Source of the DNA: an uncultured Candidatus Saccharibacteria bacterium
GTDB lineage: Bacteria > Patescibacteriota > Doudnabacteria > UBA920
Assembly: GCA_964490395.1 (NCBI GenBank)
Contig: CAZBAS010000003.1
Location: forward strand, 120,293 to 184,292
Direction of reading: 5' to 3'
DNA length: 64,000 nucleotides
A model generated the notes under the pieces. It searched no databases. It saw only the letters and a list, made by a program, of their open reading frames with translations, and had not been told where the DNA came from. The translations under genes and the position numbers were made by a program. Of this stretch, positions 37,339 through 46,384 are shown piece by piece; the first letter of the stretch is position 1; every line of letters starts with the position of its first letter.

Positions 37339-37570
37339 AAAAATAAAACACCCTTACAAACTAATCATCGTTAAATGACTAGTTTGTAAGGGCGCTCAAA
37401 ATCTGGCGCGGTGCCACCTTACTTTGTACTCTTGTGCCCTTCGCTATGCTTAGGGCCTACGGCTATAACGGGCGTTCCCGGAGAGGTCTAGTCCTGAATG
37501 AGTGCTTAGTGCTTAGTTCTTTAGTGCGCAGGAGTTTACTAGGCACTAGGTACTACTAACTAGGAACTAA
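37339..37570 (-). promoter_or_regulatory. T-box riboswitch leader for aspS
   Basis: The leader RNA has AGUAAGGUGGCACCGCGCC, which matches the T-box core GGUGGNACCGCG. The bulge UGGC would pair with GCCA of a discriminator-G tRNA-Asp. An alternative 18-bp terminator hairpin (cccuuacaaacuagucau...augauuaguuuguaaggg) plus a U-run competes with the antiterminator. Confidence 0.6.
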
Positions 37571-37770
37571 TTAAGTTTCTTCTCTCAGCTCGGCTGTGTT
37601 TGCAGCGTCGATGCTTTTACTAAAGTAATTATACCAAATCTGCATTTCTTTCACAAATCTTGCTGCGGTATACTGGCCCTTGATTTATTTATGAAAATAT
37701 GTTTTAATACTCAGTCGCATCCCTTATGGGACGACGGAGTAAAATTGCTTGTCGCAAAAGAGGAGGTGCT

Positions 37771-37962
37771 ATGGCACCTAAAAAACACCCTACGTTGTCC
37801 GCACCCCAGTCGTTTATAGATTGGGACAGTATTAACAGGCTCCCTCGAAGATCGAGCCGTGGGCCAGGTGGCAAGGGCGGAGGAAAGCTGGTGCTCATCT
37901 TGATAGTAGTGGTCCTGATTCTTTTCTTTCTGGGGTTACTTGGAGCGATTTCAAGTAACTAA
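37771..37962 (+). CDS. small membrane protein (tentative)
   Basis: It has a Gly-rich stretch and a C-terminal transmembrane helix. Confidence 0.25.
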   Translation: MAPKKHPTLSAPQSFIDWDSINRLPRRSSRGPGGKGGGKLVLILIVVVLILFFLGLLGAISSN

Positions 37963-38107
37963 CAGTAAGGTGGTCGACTTCTGGTGGTGCAGATTTATGC
38001 ACCACTTTTTTATTTACCCTTTTTTATAAAATTGCCCGTGGTATAATATTTTTTGATAATAAAAGAATAGCGCCTGTCGGCCCATAGGACCAATCACAAA
38101 TACAAAT

Positions 38108-38326
38108 ATGGCCTTAAAAAAGATAGTGCTCGACTTGGAGACTCATCCAACTCCGCCAAGCCTTCGTCGGACTTGGGCTATTATCGTAACAAAGTAAATT
38201 TAAACGAAAGTTAGCATGCTCAAGAAAATTATATTAGACCTCGAAACCCGTCCAGCCTTCGCTAAAGCTTCGGCGGATTTCGTCTCTTGAGTGAAATAAA
38301 TTATTGTATTTACTATTCCTGACTGT
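38108..38326 (+). repeat. two degenerate tandem copies of the first ~110 bp of the downstream exonuclease gene
   Basis: 38108-38145 is 37 of 38 identical to 38327-38364 (atggcYttaaaaaagatagtgctcgacttggagactca). A second, diverged copy starts at 38216 (MLKKIILDLETRP...). Each copy ends in a stop after about 25-30 codons. Confidence 0.5.
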
Positions 38327-38908
38327 ATGGCTTTAAAAAAGATAGTGCTCGACTTGGAGACTCAAAATTCATTTGATGATGTAGGCGGTAGGGGCAAGAA
38401 TCATTTGCTTAAAATTTCTGTGTGCGGAGTGTATTTTTCAGATACCGATAAGTACGCTATATACGAAGAGCATGAAATGGGTAAGCTCGCACCGCTCTTG
38501 CAAACCGCAGATCAAATAATAGGATATAACATAAAGGACTTTGACTTTGAGGTGCTGCAACCGTATTTGAACTTTAATATTTTTGAAATTCCGTATTTAG
38601 ACATTCTAGAAGAAATAGAAAAAGTGCTTGGTCACCGCATTCGTTTAGAAGCGGTTGCGCAAGGTACGCTAGGAAGTGGCAAGTCTGGCACGGGTTTGCA
38701 AGCTATTCTATATTGGCGCAATGGACGTTTAGATGAGTTAAAAAAATACTGTTTGGATGACGTAAAAGTGACCAAACAAGTCTACGAGTACGCCATGAAA
38801 AATAAAAAACTCCTTTTTTCCGACTATTTCAGCATAAAAGAAATCCCCATAACCTTTGCAGAAGCAAAGGAGAGGGGGGAGGTGTACCACCAAGCTGGAC
38901 TGTTTTAG
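38327..38908 (+). CDS. DEDD-family 3'-5' exonuclease (DnaQ-like)
   Basis: It has the exo I motif LDLET, exo II YNIKDFD and an exo III H/D region. Confidence 0.65.
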   Translation: MALKKIVLDLETQNSFDDVGGRGKNHLLKISVCGVYFSDTDKYAIYEEHEMGKLAPLLQTADQIIGYNIKDFDFEVLQPYLNFNIFEIPYLDILEEIEKVLGHRIRLEAVAQGTLGSGKSGTGLQAILYWRNGRLDELKKYCLDDVKVTKQVYEYAMKNKKLLFSDYFSIKEIPITFAEAKERGEVYHQAGLF

Positions 38909-38969
38909 CGCCTTTATTTTCATTTTGTGAGCATGGGCGTTATTTGCAAATTTCAGGTATTATATAGAC

Positions 38970-40046
38970 ATGAAACTTTCTCGTAGCAAAACTACCTATG
39001 CGCCCCTTGTTGTATTGGGGCTATTTATATTGGCCCTGTTTTTACCGCAGGTCTTTTCAGGAAATTGGGTTCTCCCACAGTTTTTTAGCATTGGACCCAT
39101 AACCATTCATTACTACGGCATAACCATGGCGCTTGCTGTGGCTTCTGCGTGGTGGCTTGCAAGTAAACGTGCTCCGCAGTATGGCCTTACTCAAGAGCAA
39201 GTAGATACTTTATCGCTTTGGCTGGTAGTAGGTGGGCTTATTGGCGCGCGGCTCTACCACATTGCTAGTAGCTGGCAGTATTACTGGCAGTACCCATTAG
39301 AAGCGCTTAAGATTTGGCACGGCGGCCTTTCCATATTCGGCGCTCTTCTTGGCGGTTTTATTGTTTTGCTGTTCAGCGCAACAGCAAAAAATAAACTGTC
39401 AATATCAACAGGGGGAGGCACTAGTGTCATTGCGAGCGATGCTTTGAGAACGAAGCAATCTAATACTATGACGGCGGATGAGATTGCCGCGTCGCAGACT
39501 CCTCGCAATGACAAGAGGGAGAGCGGGGTTGCGTCTTCTGCCCCCATTCAACATTCTGCATTCAACATTCTGCATTTACTAGATTGGCTTGCCCCGTCTG
39601 TCCTCCTTGGCCAAATTATTGGTCGCTTTGGGAACTTTTTTAACTACGAGGCCTTTGGATATCCTACAAATCTGCCGTGGAAAATGTTTGTGCCAGAATA
39701 TTTTAGACCGAGCGAATATATAAGCGCTCTATATTTCCATCCATTATTTTTGTACGAGGCGCTGGGAAATACTTTTATATTTCTTGGCTTACTCTATTTT
39801 TTCCGGGCCAATCGCATCAAGAAAAGTGCGAAGCCAGTACCTGCTGGCGCGCTATTCTTTAGCTATCTAATTTTGTATAATGTACTTAGATTTGCTCTAG
39901 AACATTTACGTATAGACAGCACGTTCTTGGTTTACAGTATACGACTCAATGCTCTGGTCAGTGGGTTCTTGGTGGTATTGAGCGCAGCAGGCTTGTATTG
40001 GCTGCAGAAACGTGCAAATGGTGCCACAGCAGTTAGCCCCACTTAA
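38970..40046 (+). CDS. lgt: prolipoprotein diacylglyceryl transferase carrying an in-frame ~90-bp MITE-like insertion
   Basis: It has the Lgt signature HYYGITMALAV..GGLIGARLYH..WHGGLSIFGALLGG. The insert is translated as ...SVIASDALRTKQSNTMTADEIAASQTPRNDK... Confidence 0.85.
   Translation: MKLSRSKTTYAPLVVLGLFILALFLPQVFSGNWVLPQFFSIGPITIHYYGITMALAVASAWWLASKRAPQYGLTQEQVDTLSLWLVVGGLIGARLYHIASSWQYYWQYPLEALKIWHGGLSIFGALLGGFIVLLFSATAKNKLSISTGGGTSVIASDALRTKQSNTMTADEIAASQTPRNDKRESGVASSAPIQHSAFNILHLLDWLAPSVLLGQIIGRFGNFFNYEAFGYPTNLPWKMFVPEYFRPSEYISALYFHPLFLYEALGNTFIFLGLLYFFRANRIKKSAKPVPAGALFFSYLILYNVLRFALEHLRIDSTFLVYSIRLNALVSGFLVVLSAAGLYWLQKRANGATAVSPT
39425..39513. mobile_element. MITE-like element of the TGTCATTGCGAG...CTCGCAATGACA family (A1), inside lgt
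   Basis: The terminal inverted repeats are tgtcattgcgagcga and ctcctcgcaatgaca. The internal part is a gcaatct...agattgc inverted repeat. Confidence 0.5.
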
Positions 40047-40094
40047 CTACGGTTATTTGAAATTTGTTATTTGATCCTTGGAACTTAATTTAAG

Positions 40095-40844
40095 ATGCTT
40101 ACTTTAAAAAGCCATAAAACTCTGAGCGTGCTTGCGGCATGCATCCTGCCGGCTGCCATGTACAGCCTGGCAGTTCCGGTGCCGGTGTTTCGGTATATAG
40201 TGCCGCTGTTCGTGTGCTTAGTTGCTATAGTGCAAGGCCTATCTTGGACTACACTTACGGGCGCTGCAGACGGGAAACGCTGGAGCCTTCTTCGGAGCAG
40301 TTTGTTTTACATTGCCTGGCTCTGTTTGTTTTTTCTTATGCCAACGCATACTCTGCAAATGGCGTATATGATAATTTCTGTTCCTATTTTGTATTTGGGT
40401 GAGCAGCTCGTAGCCTACACCGGTGAGACTGTGTTGGTAACACACACCATACTTACCAGCTTTGGCATTTTACTTGCTGCAGCGGCAGGTGAATTTTATT
40501 TTCATGCAGGAAGCGTTGTGCTTACTTTGGCAGTATTTGTTTGTCTGTTTTTACTCACCCGCGCAACCTATGTATTTGTGCCGCAAACTAGCACTATTCG
40601 CTTGGCGTCATCTTTGTTAGTTGCGTTTCTTGCCACAGAAGTGTATGCGTCCGTGCTGTTCTTGCCATTCCACTATACAGTACTCGGTTTCTGCGCCTTC
40701 ATTGTTTTTTACATAGTATGGCTGTTTACCTATTACTGGCAGTTTGGGGCTTTAACGCCTCAGCGAGTTAAGCTATACTTGCTTGTAAGCGCTGCGTTGC
40801 TTGTTGCGCTATTACTTGCTACTCCGTGGCAAATAATGACCTAG
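40095..40844 (+). CDS. hypothetical polytopic membrane protein
   Basis: It has seven or eight transmembrane helices. Confidence 0.45.
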   Translation: MLTLKSHKTLSVLAACILPAAMYSLAVPVPVFRYIVPLFVCLVAIVQGLSWTTLTGAADGKRWSLLRSSLFYIAWLCLFFLMPTHTLQMAYMIISVPILYLGEQLVAYTGETVLVTHTILTSFGILLAAAAGEFYFHAGSVVLTLAVFVCLFLLTRATYVFVPQTSTIRLASSLLVAFLATEVYASVLFLPFHYTVLGFCAFIVFYIVWLFTYYWQFGALTPQRVKLYLLVSAALLVALLLATPWQIMT

Positions 40845-40926
40845 TAAATAAAATGAAGAATGTGGAATGACGAATGCTGAATTAATAATGCATCCGCTAT
40901 GGTTCTCCCTTTAACTTGTAACATCT

Positions 40927-41997
40927 ATGATCAAAAAATTTCTTTATATAGTTCTTATAGCGCTGTTCGTTTTTATCCTCAATGTATTTTTTGCGGATAG
41001 GCTTTCTGCGCACATAGCAACCTGGAACTGGGTTAAAAAAGCGCACTTAGTAGAGCCTCGCGCGCCTCTAGTGATCAATACACGGGAAGAGATTCGGGTA
41101 AACGAGACAAACGACATTATTTCTGCATTGAGCCGTAATAAAAATAAAGTTGGCGCGCTGTTTGCAGTGGGCGCTGGCGCTCCGCAGCTGAAGGGTGCAG
41201 TGGTGGCTGCTACTTCAAATGGTCTTGTGCTTACTTCGCGCTTGGCGGTAGGGGACCTGAAGCCCGAGCAACTTTCTGTGCAGCTAGACGATGGTAAACG
41301 CTATGCAGTGAGCAGCATTATTTCTGACCCGGCAAGTAATATAGTAGCGCTGCAAACAAACGCAACAGGACTTTCGGTAATATCGTTTGCTGGTCGCTCC
41401 GATATGTTTGCAGGGGAGCGCGTTATGCTACTTGCGGCAAACGCAGATGGTAGCAGCTATTTTCTTGCTAGCTTCCTTTCGAGTGGTGAATTTATGCCAC
41501 TCGAAGTTGTATCCAGTGATATGCCAAACCGTGTAGTCTCTTTGCAGCCAACTACTGGTGCCATGCCTGGCCAGTCAGTGATGGATTTGTCGGGTAAACT
41601 CATAGGCATGTGGGACGGACAGAGATTAGTCTCAGCTACTGTACTGCAAGAAGTGGTAAACGGACTTCTTGCTGCAAATGGCAAGGTGGTTCGTCCTGTG
41701 TACGGATTTATGTATCGTTTTATTTCAAATACCCTCGCGGCAAGTGAGGGTCGTACCGCTGGTTTGCTCGTAAGCAAGCCCAGCGCCGGAACTCCAGCAG
41801 TTCTTGCAAATTCTGCTGCGGCAAAAGCGGGTTTACTCGAAGGTGACATTATTACCAAGATAAATAACCAGGCAGTAGGGGAGAACAGCGTACCGGAAAC
41901 ATTACTACTTAGTGTTTCGCCTCAAACAAAGCTCTCGCTTCAGGTAAAAAGAGGCGTCCAGCTTCTCGATATGTCCATAACTCCGCTCGCGCAGTAA
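40927..41997 (+). CDS. HtrA-like (S1C) serine protease with a C-terminal PDZ domain, membrane-anchored
   Basis: A trypsin-like fold is followed by a PDZ domain (LLEGDIITKINNQAVGE). The catalytic Ser region is divergent (PGQSVMD). Confidence 0.55.
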   Translation: MIKKFLYIVLIALFVFILNVFFADRLSAHIATWNWVKKAHLVEPRAPLVINTREEIRVNETNDIISALSRNKNKVGALFAVGAGAPQLKGAVVAATSNGLVLTSRLAVGDLKPEQLSVQLDDGKRYAVSSIISDPASNIVALQTNATGLSVISFAGRSDMFAGERVMLLAANADGSSYFLASFLSSGEFMPLEVVSSDMPNRVVSLQPTTGAMPGQSVMDLSGKLIGMWDGQRLVSATVLQEVVNGLLAANGKVVRPVYGFMYRFISNTLAASEGRTAGLLVSKPSAGTPAVLANSAAAKAGLLEGDIITKINNQAVGENSVPETLLLSVSPQTKLSLQVKRGVQLLDMSITPLAQ

Positions 41998-42166
41998 GCA
42001 CTTTCCAGGTGCATACACATTCTGGTAGCTACATTTGCCTGTTATCGGTTGCTTCAATATTCCATATTTTCTCTTATATAAGGCAGGTCTTTATCCTGTC
42101 TTATATTGACAAAAGACAGCTTTTATGCTACTATTATAAGTCCCTTAAAGGAAAAGGCTTATAACT

Positions 42167-43525
42167 ATGGCAGATAAGAACCAAAGCAAATTTTATCCCG
42201 CAGCGAGCGAAGAGATTGCTCGCATGCTTGGTCTTACCAACTCTGACGCAGGTAGCGCTGCTAAGCCAGGGCCTGTTCAAAGCGCGCCAGTTCCTGAAAT
42301 AATTGTGCCTACGGCAACTACTGCTCCTCTGGGCGCTGTAGTGGATGCTGGTTCTATGGAAGATACTATTGCCGAGGACGTTGCTGCAGTGACTGGGAAA
42401 GCTGATAGTGAAAAGACTGCGATGCCTACTGCAGCAAAGCCGCCTCGTCCTTCAGTTGCAAAAGCGATTGGAAAAACCATGCTGGCTGTAGTGCCTTATG
42501 TGGCTGTGTTCGCTATTTTTTTGTTAGTGTATTACACCTGGTTCGCTGACCCTTCTAACCGTCCTCAATTTTTTAAGAGTTTCCAGAAGCAAGAAACTAC
42601 CCAAGCCGATGATCGCGCTAAGCTCGTGGGAGCACTGAAGAAAAGTGAGTCGGGTAGCTATGCCCAGTGGATTTCTAGTTATTACTACAATGTGACCGAC
42701 GGAAGCTTGGTAGAGATGGACCATGTAGCACCGAACAAGCTTACCAACTTTGAGAATTATTTGCTGAAGCTTAACCCTAAGTCCAACGATGTTCGCGGTA
42801 CAGGTACGAGTGATGCAGATGCAGTCCTTGCTGGTGTGGACCCGCTCACCGGACAGTCACTTTCCGATGATAAGCGCGACATAGTCGCCCAGTATTTTGA
42901 TGCAGAAGCCATTCGCGCGCGTACTCCTGGTGTTGCGGTTTCCCCGCGCATAACTCCTCGAGTTGCTCAGGCAACCGTTGTTACGCCAACTCCAACTACC
43001 ACGAATACATCTACTCCAACTGCTATTCCTTCCGTAGTGTCCACCAACGATTGTGCGGAAAACAAACTGCGCATTAATACTTCTGTGCCAGGTCGTCTTG
43101 AAGTGCCAGTTATGGGAGTAAACGTGCCCATTATTTGGACTAAAGATTCTAAGAATTTTGATAACGACCTTAAGAGCGGTGTGGTGCACTATCCGTGCAC
43201 ACCACTACCTGGCGATATTGGTACATCGTACATATCGGGGCACTCAAGCAATTACGCATGGGTGAAAGCTGACTATAACCAGATTTTTGCGAAGATGAAC
43301 GACCTGCCAGATGGCGCTACATTTAAAGTAACCGTGGTGGGACAAGATGGAAAAGATATACGGCTCTACTATGTAGTGCAACGCAAAACCGTATACGAAG
43401 CAAACGACCAGGCTCAGTTTACAAACACTGCAGACTCCGTAGTGGCGCTTTCTACCTGCTGGCCGCTGAACACGACCCAGAAACGTATGGTTGCGTTTGG
43501 AAAACTTGATCGCATAGAACGCTAG
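42167..43525 (+). CDS. sortase-family transpeptidase with a long N-terminal low-complexity region and a transmembrane helix
   Basis: The C-terminal sortase domain has YISGH (His) and ALSTCWP (the TLxTC Cys). Confidence 0.65.
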   Translation: MADKNQSKFYPAASEEIARMLGLTNSDAGSAAKPGPVQSAPVPEIIVPTATTAPLGAVVDAGSMEDTIAEDVAAVTGKADSEKTAMPTAAKPPRPSVAKAIGKTMLAVVPYVAVFAIFLLVYYTWFADPSNRPQFFKSFQKQETTQADDRAKLVGALKKSESGSYAQWISSYYYNVTDGSLVEMDHVAPNKLTNFENYLLKLNPKSNDVRGTGTSDADAVLAGVDPLTGQSLSDDKRDIVAQYFDAEAIRARTPGVAVSPRITPRVAQATVVTPTPTTTNTSTPTAIPSVVSTNDCAENKLRINTSVPGRLEVPVMGVNVPIIWTKDSKNFDNDLKSGVVHYPCTPLPGDIGTSYISGHSSNYAWVKADYNQIFAKMNDLPDGATFKVTVVGQDGKDIRLYYVVQRKTVYEANDQAQFTNTADSVVALSTCWPLNTTQKRMVAFGKLDRIER

Positions 43526-43588
43526 AATATAATTTTCAATTTTTAATTTTGCAATTTTTAATGTGAGGCAGGAGCAAAGTTTCGGTAC

Positions 43589-43615
43589 TGTCTAGATGGG
43601 CACCATCTAGACAGT
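43589..43615. repeat. short palindrome of the ATGGGCACCAT family
   Basis: ctgtctagatgggcaccatctagacag. Confidence 0.4.
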
Positions 43616-43632
43616 AGAAGTATAAAATCTTT

Positions 43633-43735
43633 TGTCATTGCGAGGAGGCTTTGTGACGAAGCAATCTAATGAATGATTAAGAGAAATATTAGATTGCCAC
43701 GTCATTCCGTAAAGCCGGAACTCCTCGCAATGACA
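43633..43735. mobile_element. MITE-like element of the TGTCATTGCGAGGAG family (A2), intergenic
   Basis: The terminal inverted repeats are tgtcattgcgaggag and ctcctcgcaatgaca. Confidence 0.5.
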
Positions 43736-43954
43736 GTCGCTAGGCATACTGCTAATCGCATGAGTGGTTTCGAAGGTATATCGATATTACTCACGCGCTC
43801 AGCAAGTGGGACTGGCGCGATTATGATTGGCCCGTGAACGCCACGGTTGCCAATTTTCGCGCCAGTTCCGGCGCACGAACAGTTCCTTGAAATATACAAA
43901 CTCGGTGGCTACCGCATGCGCGGCGCCATCTTTTTGCTACAAAAGGGGGGCAAA

Positions 43955-44914
43955 ATGACTTATCGACGAAAAATCAATCTTTTATTCATTCTCGTAGGCA
44001 TTCTATTGGTGTTGGCAGTATGTATGCTGCCTGCATTGTTCGATTCGCTTCACGCGCAATCCTTGCCACAAGGGCCCGCGGTTGTTAAGCTTCAGGTTTC
44101 GGGTCGAAATGACGACTCTAACCTGTTGTCTGAACGATTGCAAGGGTGGCTCGGCCCTCGCGCCGCAGTGGACGTGTCGCCTGACGCCTCCGTTGACGCT
44201 ACTGTGGTCTTGGACTTTCTGAGATTCGACAGTAGCTATAAGCCGCAACAGCGTTCGATTATCCGCGAAGGCGGTGCAGATGGTGCGAGTCGTGGAATCG
44301 GTGATCTAGGCCAAGCAACTGCTGGTGAGCTTGAAAGAAACGGCGGCATTGCGGGTCGTGCCATTGGCGCCGCAATTCGGACTGGTTCTAACACCGCCAG
44401 CCAAAAGACCCAGCAGAAAATTTTATATGGAGCCCCCAAGTACGAAAGTGTTCAGCTTCAGTATAAATACTGTCTGGGGGATAACTGCAAGCCTCTGAGT
44501 GCCACCCTGTATGCCCAAGTTGAAAGACAAACGGATTCTACAGGACAGTGGAGTAAGTTTAAGGTTCTGGAAGTGGGGCACGATCCCCAGAACCTTCAAC
44601 CGCTTGAACCCGTAATGGACCTTGGTGAGGGCTACTCGGCCCTATTTCCCGCCCGCATGCAGGAGGGGCTCTTTGCCCTCATGATGCATACGAACCCTCG
44701 AACGCAGGAGGACGAGCCGCGTTGGCCATTGGTACGGGGGGACGAAATGTTCGTGCGCCTTCGGCAACTTGTCGAAACTAAAGCAGTTGCTAAGACCACG
44801 CGAGAGAGGGCAGTTACTACAGTTGCCCCTCCGACAACGCGGCCAACGAAGCCGCCAAAGTATAATGCCCCAGAAAGGGTGGGGCCAAACACCGCCACGG
44901 GTCGCAAGCCCTAG
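43955..44914 (+). CDS. hypothetical membrane-anchored protein, GC-rich
   Basis: The ORF is about 58-60% GC against a ~48% background. It has an N-terminal transmembrane helix and a Pro/Thr-rich C-terminus. The start is uncertain (43847 or 43955). Confidence 0.45.
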   Translation: MTYRRKINLLFILVGILLVLAVCMLPALFDSLHAQSLPQGPAVVKLQVSGRNDDSNLLSERLQGWLGPRAAVDVSPDASVDATVVLDFLRFDSSYKPQQRSIIREGGADGASRGIGDLGQATAGELERNGGIAGRAIGAAIRTGSNTASQKTQQKILYGAPKYESVQLQYKYCLGDNCKPLSATLYAQVERQTDSTGQWSKFKVLEVGHDPQNLQPLEPVMDLGEGYSALFPARMQEGLFALMMHTNPRTQEDEPRWPLVRGDEMFVRLRQLVETKAVAKTTRERAVTTVAPPTTRPTKPPKYNAPERVGPNTATGRKP

Positions 44915-45024
44915 CGGTAGGCTAGCCGTCGATTAAACAAAGCGCAGTGAGCGCACGGGCCATTAATTTGGTTTCGTGTACTTGCTGCGCTTTTTCGTTT
45001 ATTTAAATAGATTAACCTCAGTAT

Positions 45025-45129
45025 TGTCATCCCGGAAGCCACGAGTCATCGAGGGCTATCCGGGATCCATACCTTAGAAATACTGGATTCCAGTCTTCCC
45101 TCGCAAAGCCTCGTGGAAACTGGAATGAC
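45025..45129. mobile_element. MITE-like element of the TGTCATTCCGG family (B2), inverted relative to B1
   Basis: Its first ~40 bp (tgtcatcccggaagccacgagtcatcgagggctatccgg) is the reverse complement of the end of the 34252-34339 copy, with 1 mismatch in 39. Confidence 0.5.
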
Positions 45130-45258
45130 GGAGGGGGTGGCCACGAAAAACGTTGTATTTTCATTTTGAGGGAATTTGGTGGGGGCATTCGTGTGAGGTC
45201 GGTTTTTTGTTTATGGCTAATTGGCGTATACTAAAAGCACTATTTAATTACTATATTT

Positions 45259-46200
45259 ATGCATGGTGAGACGCGTGATTTTGGACAAATAGCAAATACA
45301 TCTGAGCAAAAGCCGCAAGATGAAAAGCCTAAGGTAGGTCGTCGTTCGTTTATCAAACAGACCAGTGCGGCCATGACTGGGTTGGCGCTCGGTGCAACAG
45401 AAGTGTTTGGACAAAATCCACAGTATCGTCCTCCTGAAAGGGTTCGCCCTCACAATCCAGAACAGAAACCGGTAGAAGCACCCAATCAAACGGAAGCCAC
45501 GGAGGTTAAATATGGTTACAATCGACTTATAGTAGAGGTGCCCCCCACTATGACAGATACCAAGATAAGCTCTCTTGGTGCAGACCTTACTACTGCGCTT
45601 ACTGGAGGCGGGTATGGAGTGCATCACGTAGAGGTAGTTGTCACTCGCAACGCAAAAGAACCGCAGTACAAAGGTGCGCCCGTGCTTAAGTGGGAAGCTC
45701 AGTCAGAAATGATCCGGCAACCAGTTATTAAAGCGAGCGGGAAGCAGGCATTCGGTAGGGCTGCTCGCGACGTGCTTACTGGGGCACACGGCATGCCGGG
45801 GCCGGCAACGCCCAGTGGTGAGGTTGGCGCATCGGGAGATGGTGTGTACCATGTAGAAGGAAAGTTGGTTTTTGGAGCGTTTTACGATGGCGTGAGTCAA
45901 AATCTAACAGTGCATGCAGAACATAAGGGTGGGGGTCACTGGCGGCACACCGTAGATACTGGCTCTGAGCATGCACTCGTCACTTTAAATAATAGTGAAA
46001 GACTTTCTGAGGCAGAGCAGCAAGAAGCAGCTCTGGTGTTCTTACTGAAAACTAGAAAAGGGCAACTTTCTACGCTATCTAAGATTGCGGATCAGTTTAA
46101 ACGTGATGAAGCGCGTCGGACTATTGATGGTGTGGGTTCCTCAACTACAGAGCAATCAGATGAGGCTCAGGGTAATAGAAGAGTGCGACCTCGTAACTAG
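45259..46200 (+). CDS. hypothetical Tat-secreted protein, GC-rich
   Basis: It has a twin-arginine signal GRRSFIKQTSAAMTGLALGA. Confidence 0.5.
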   Translation: MHGETRDFGQIANTSEQKPQDEKPKVGRRSFIKQTSAAMTGLALGATEVFGQNPQYRPPERVRPHNPEQKPVEAPNQTEATEVKYGYNRLIVEVPPTMTDTKISSLGADLTTALTGGGYGVHHVEVVVTRNAKEPQYKGAPVLKWEAQSEMIRQPVIKASGKQAFGRAARDVLTGAHGMPGPATPSGEVGASGDGVYHVEGKLVFGAFYDGVSQNLTVHAEHKGGGHWRHTVDTGSEHALVTLNNSERLSEAEQQEAALVFLLKTRKGQLSTLSKIADQFKRDEARRTIDGVGSSTTEQSDEAQGNRRVRPRN

Positions 46201-46384
46201 ATTTGTATTGGAATGTTCGGGTAGTAATGGGCCCGCACCCAATAGCTACGGGCGTGCATGTAGCCATGTAGTTAAATCTATCCATAAAGCGGTAGCGGCG
46301 ACTGTTGACTAAACAGGTATTTTTGCTAATAATTATATGATTTTAGGTAAGGTATTTTATTCCTAGTTATTTAGCAGTAGACAT

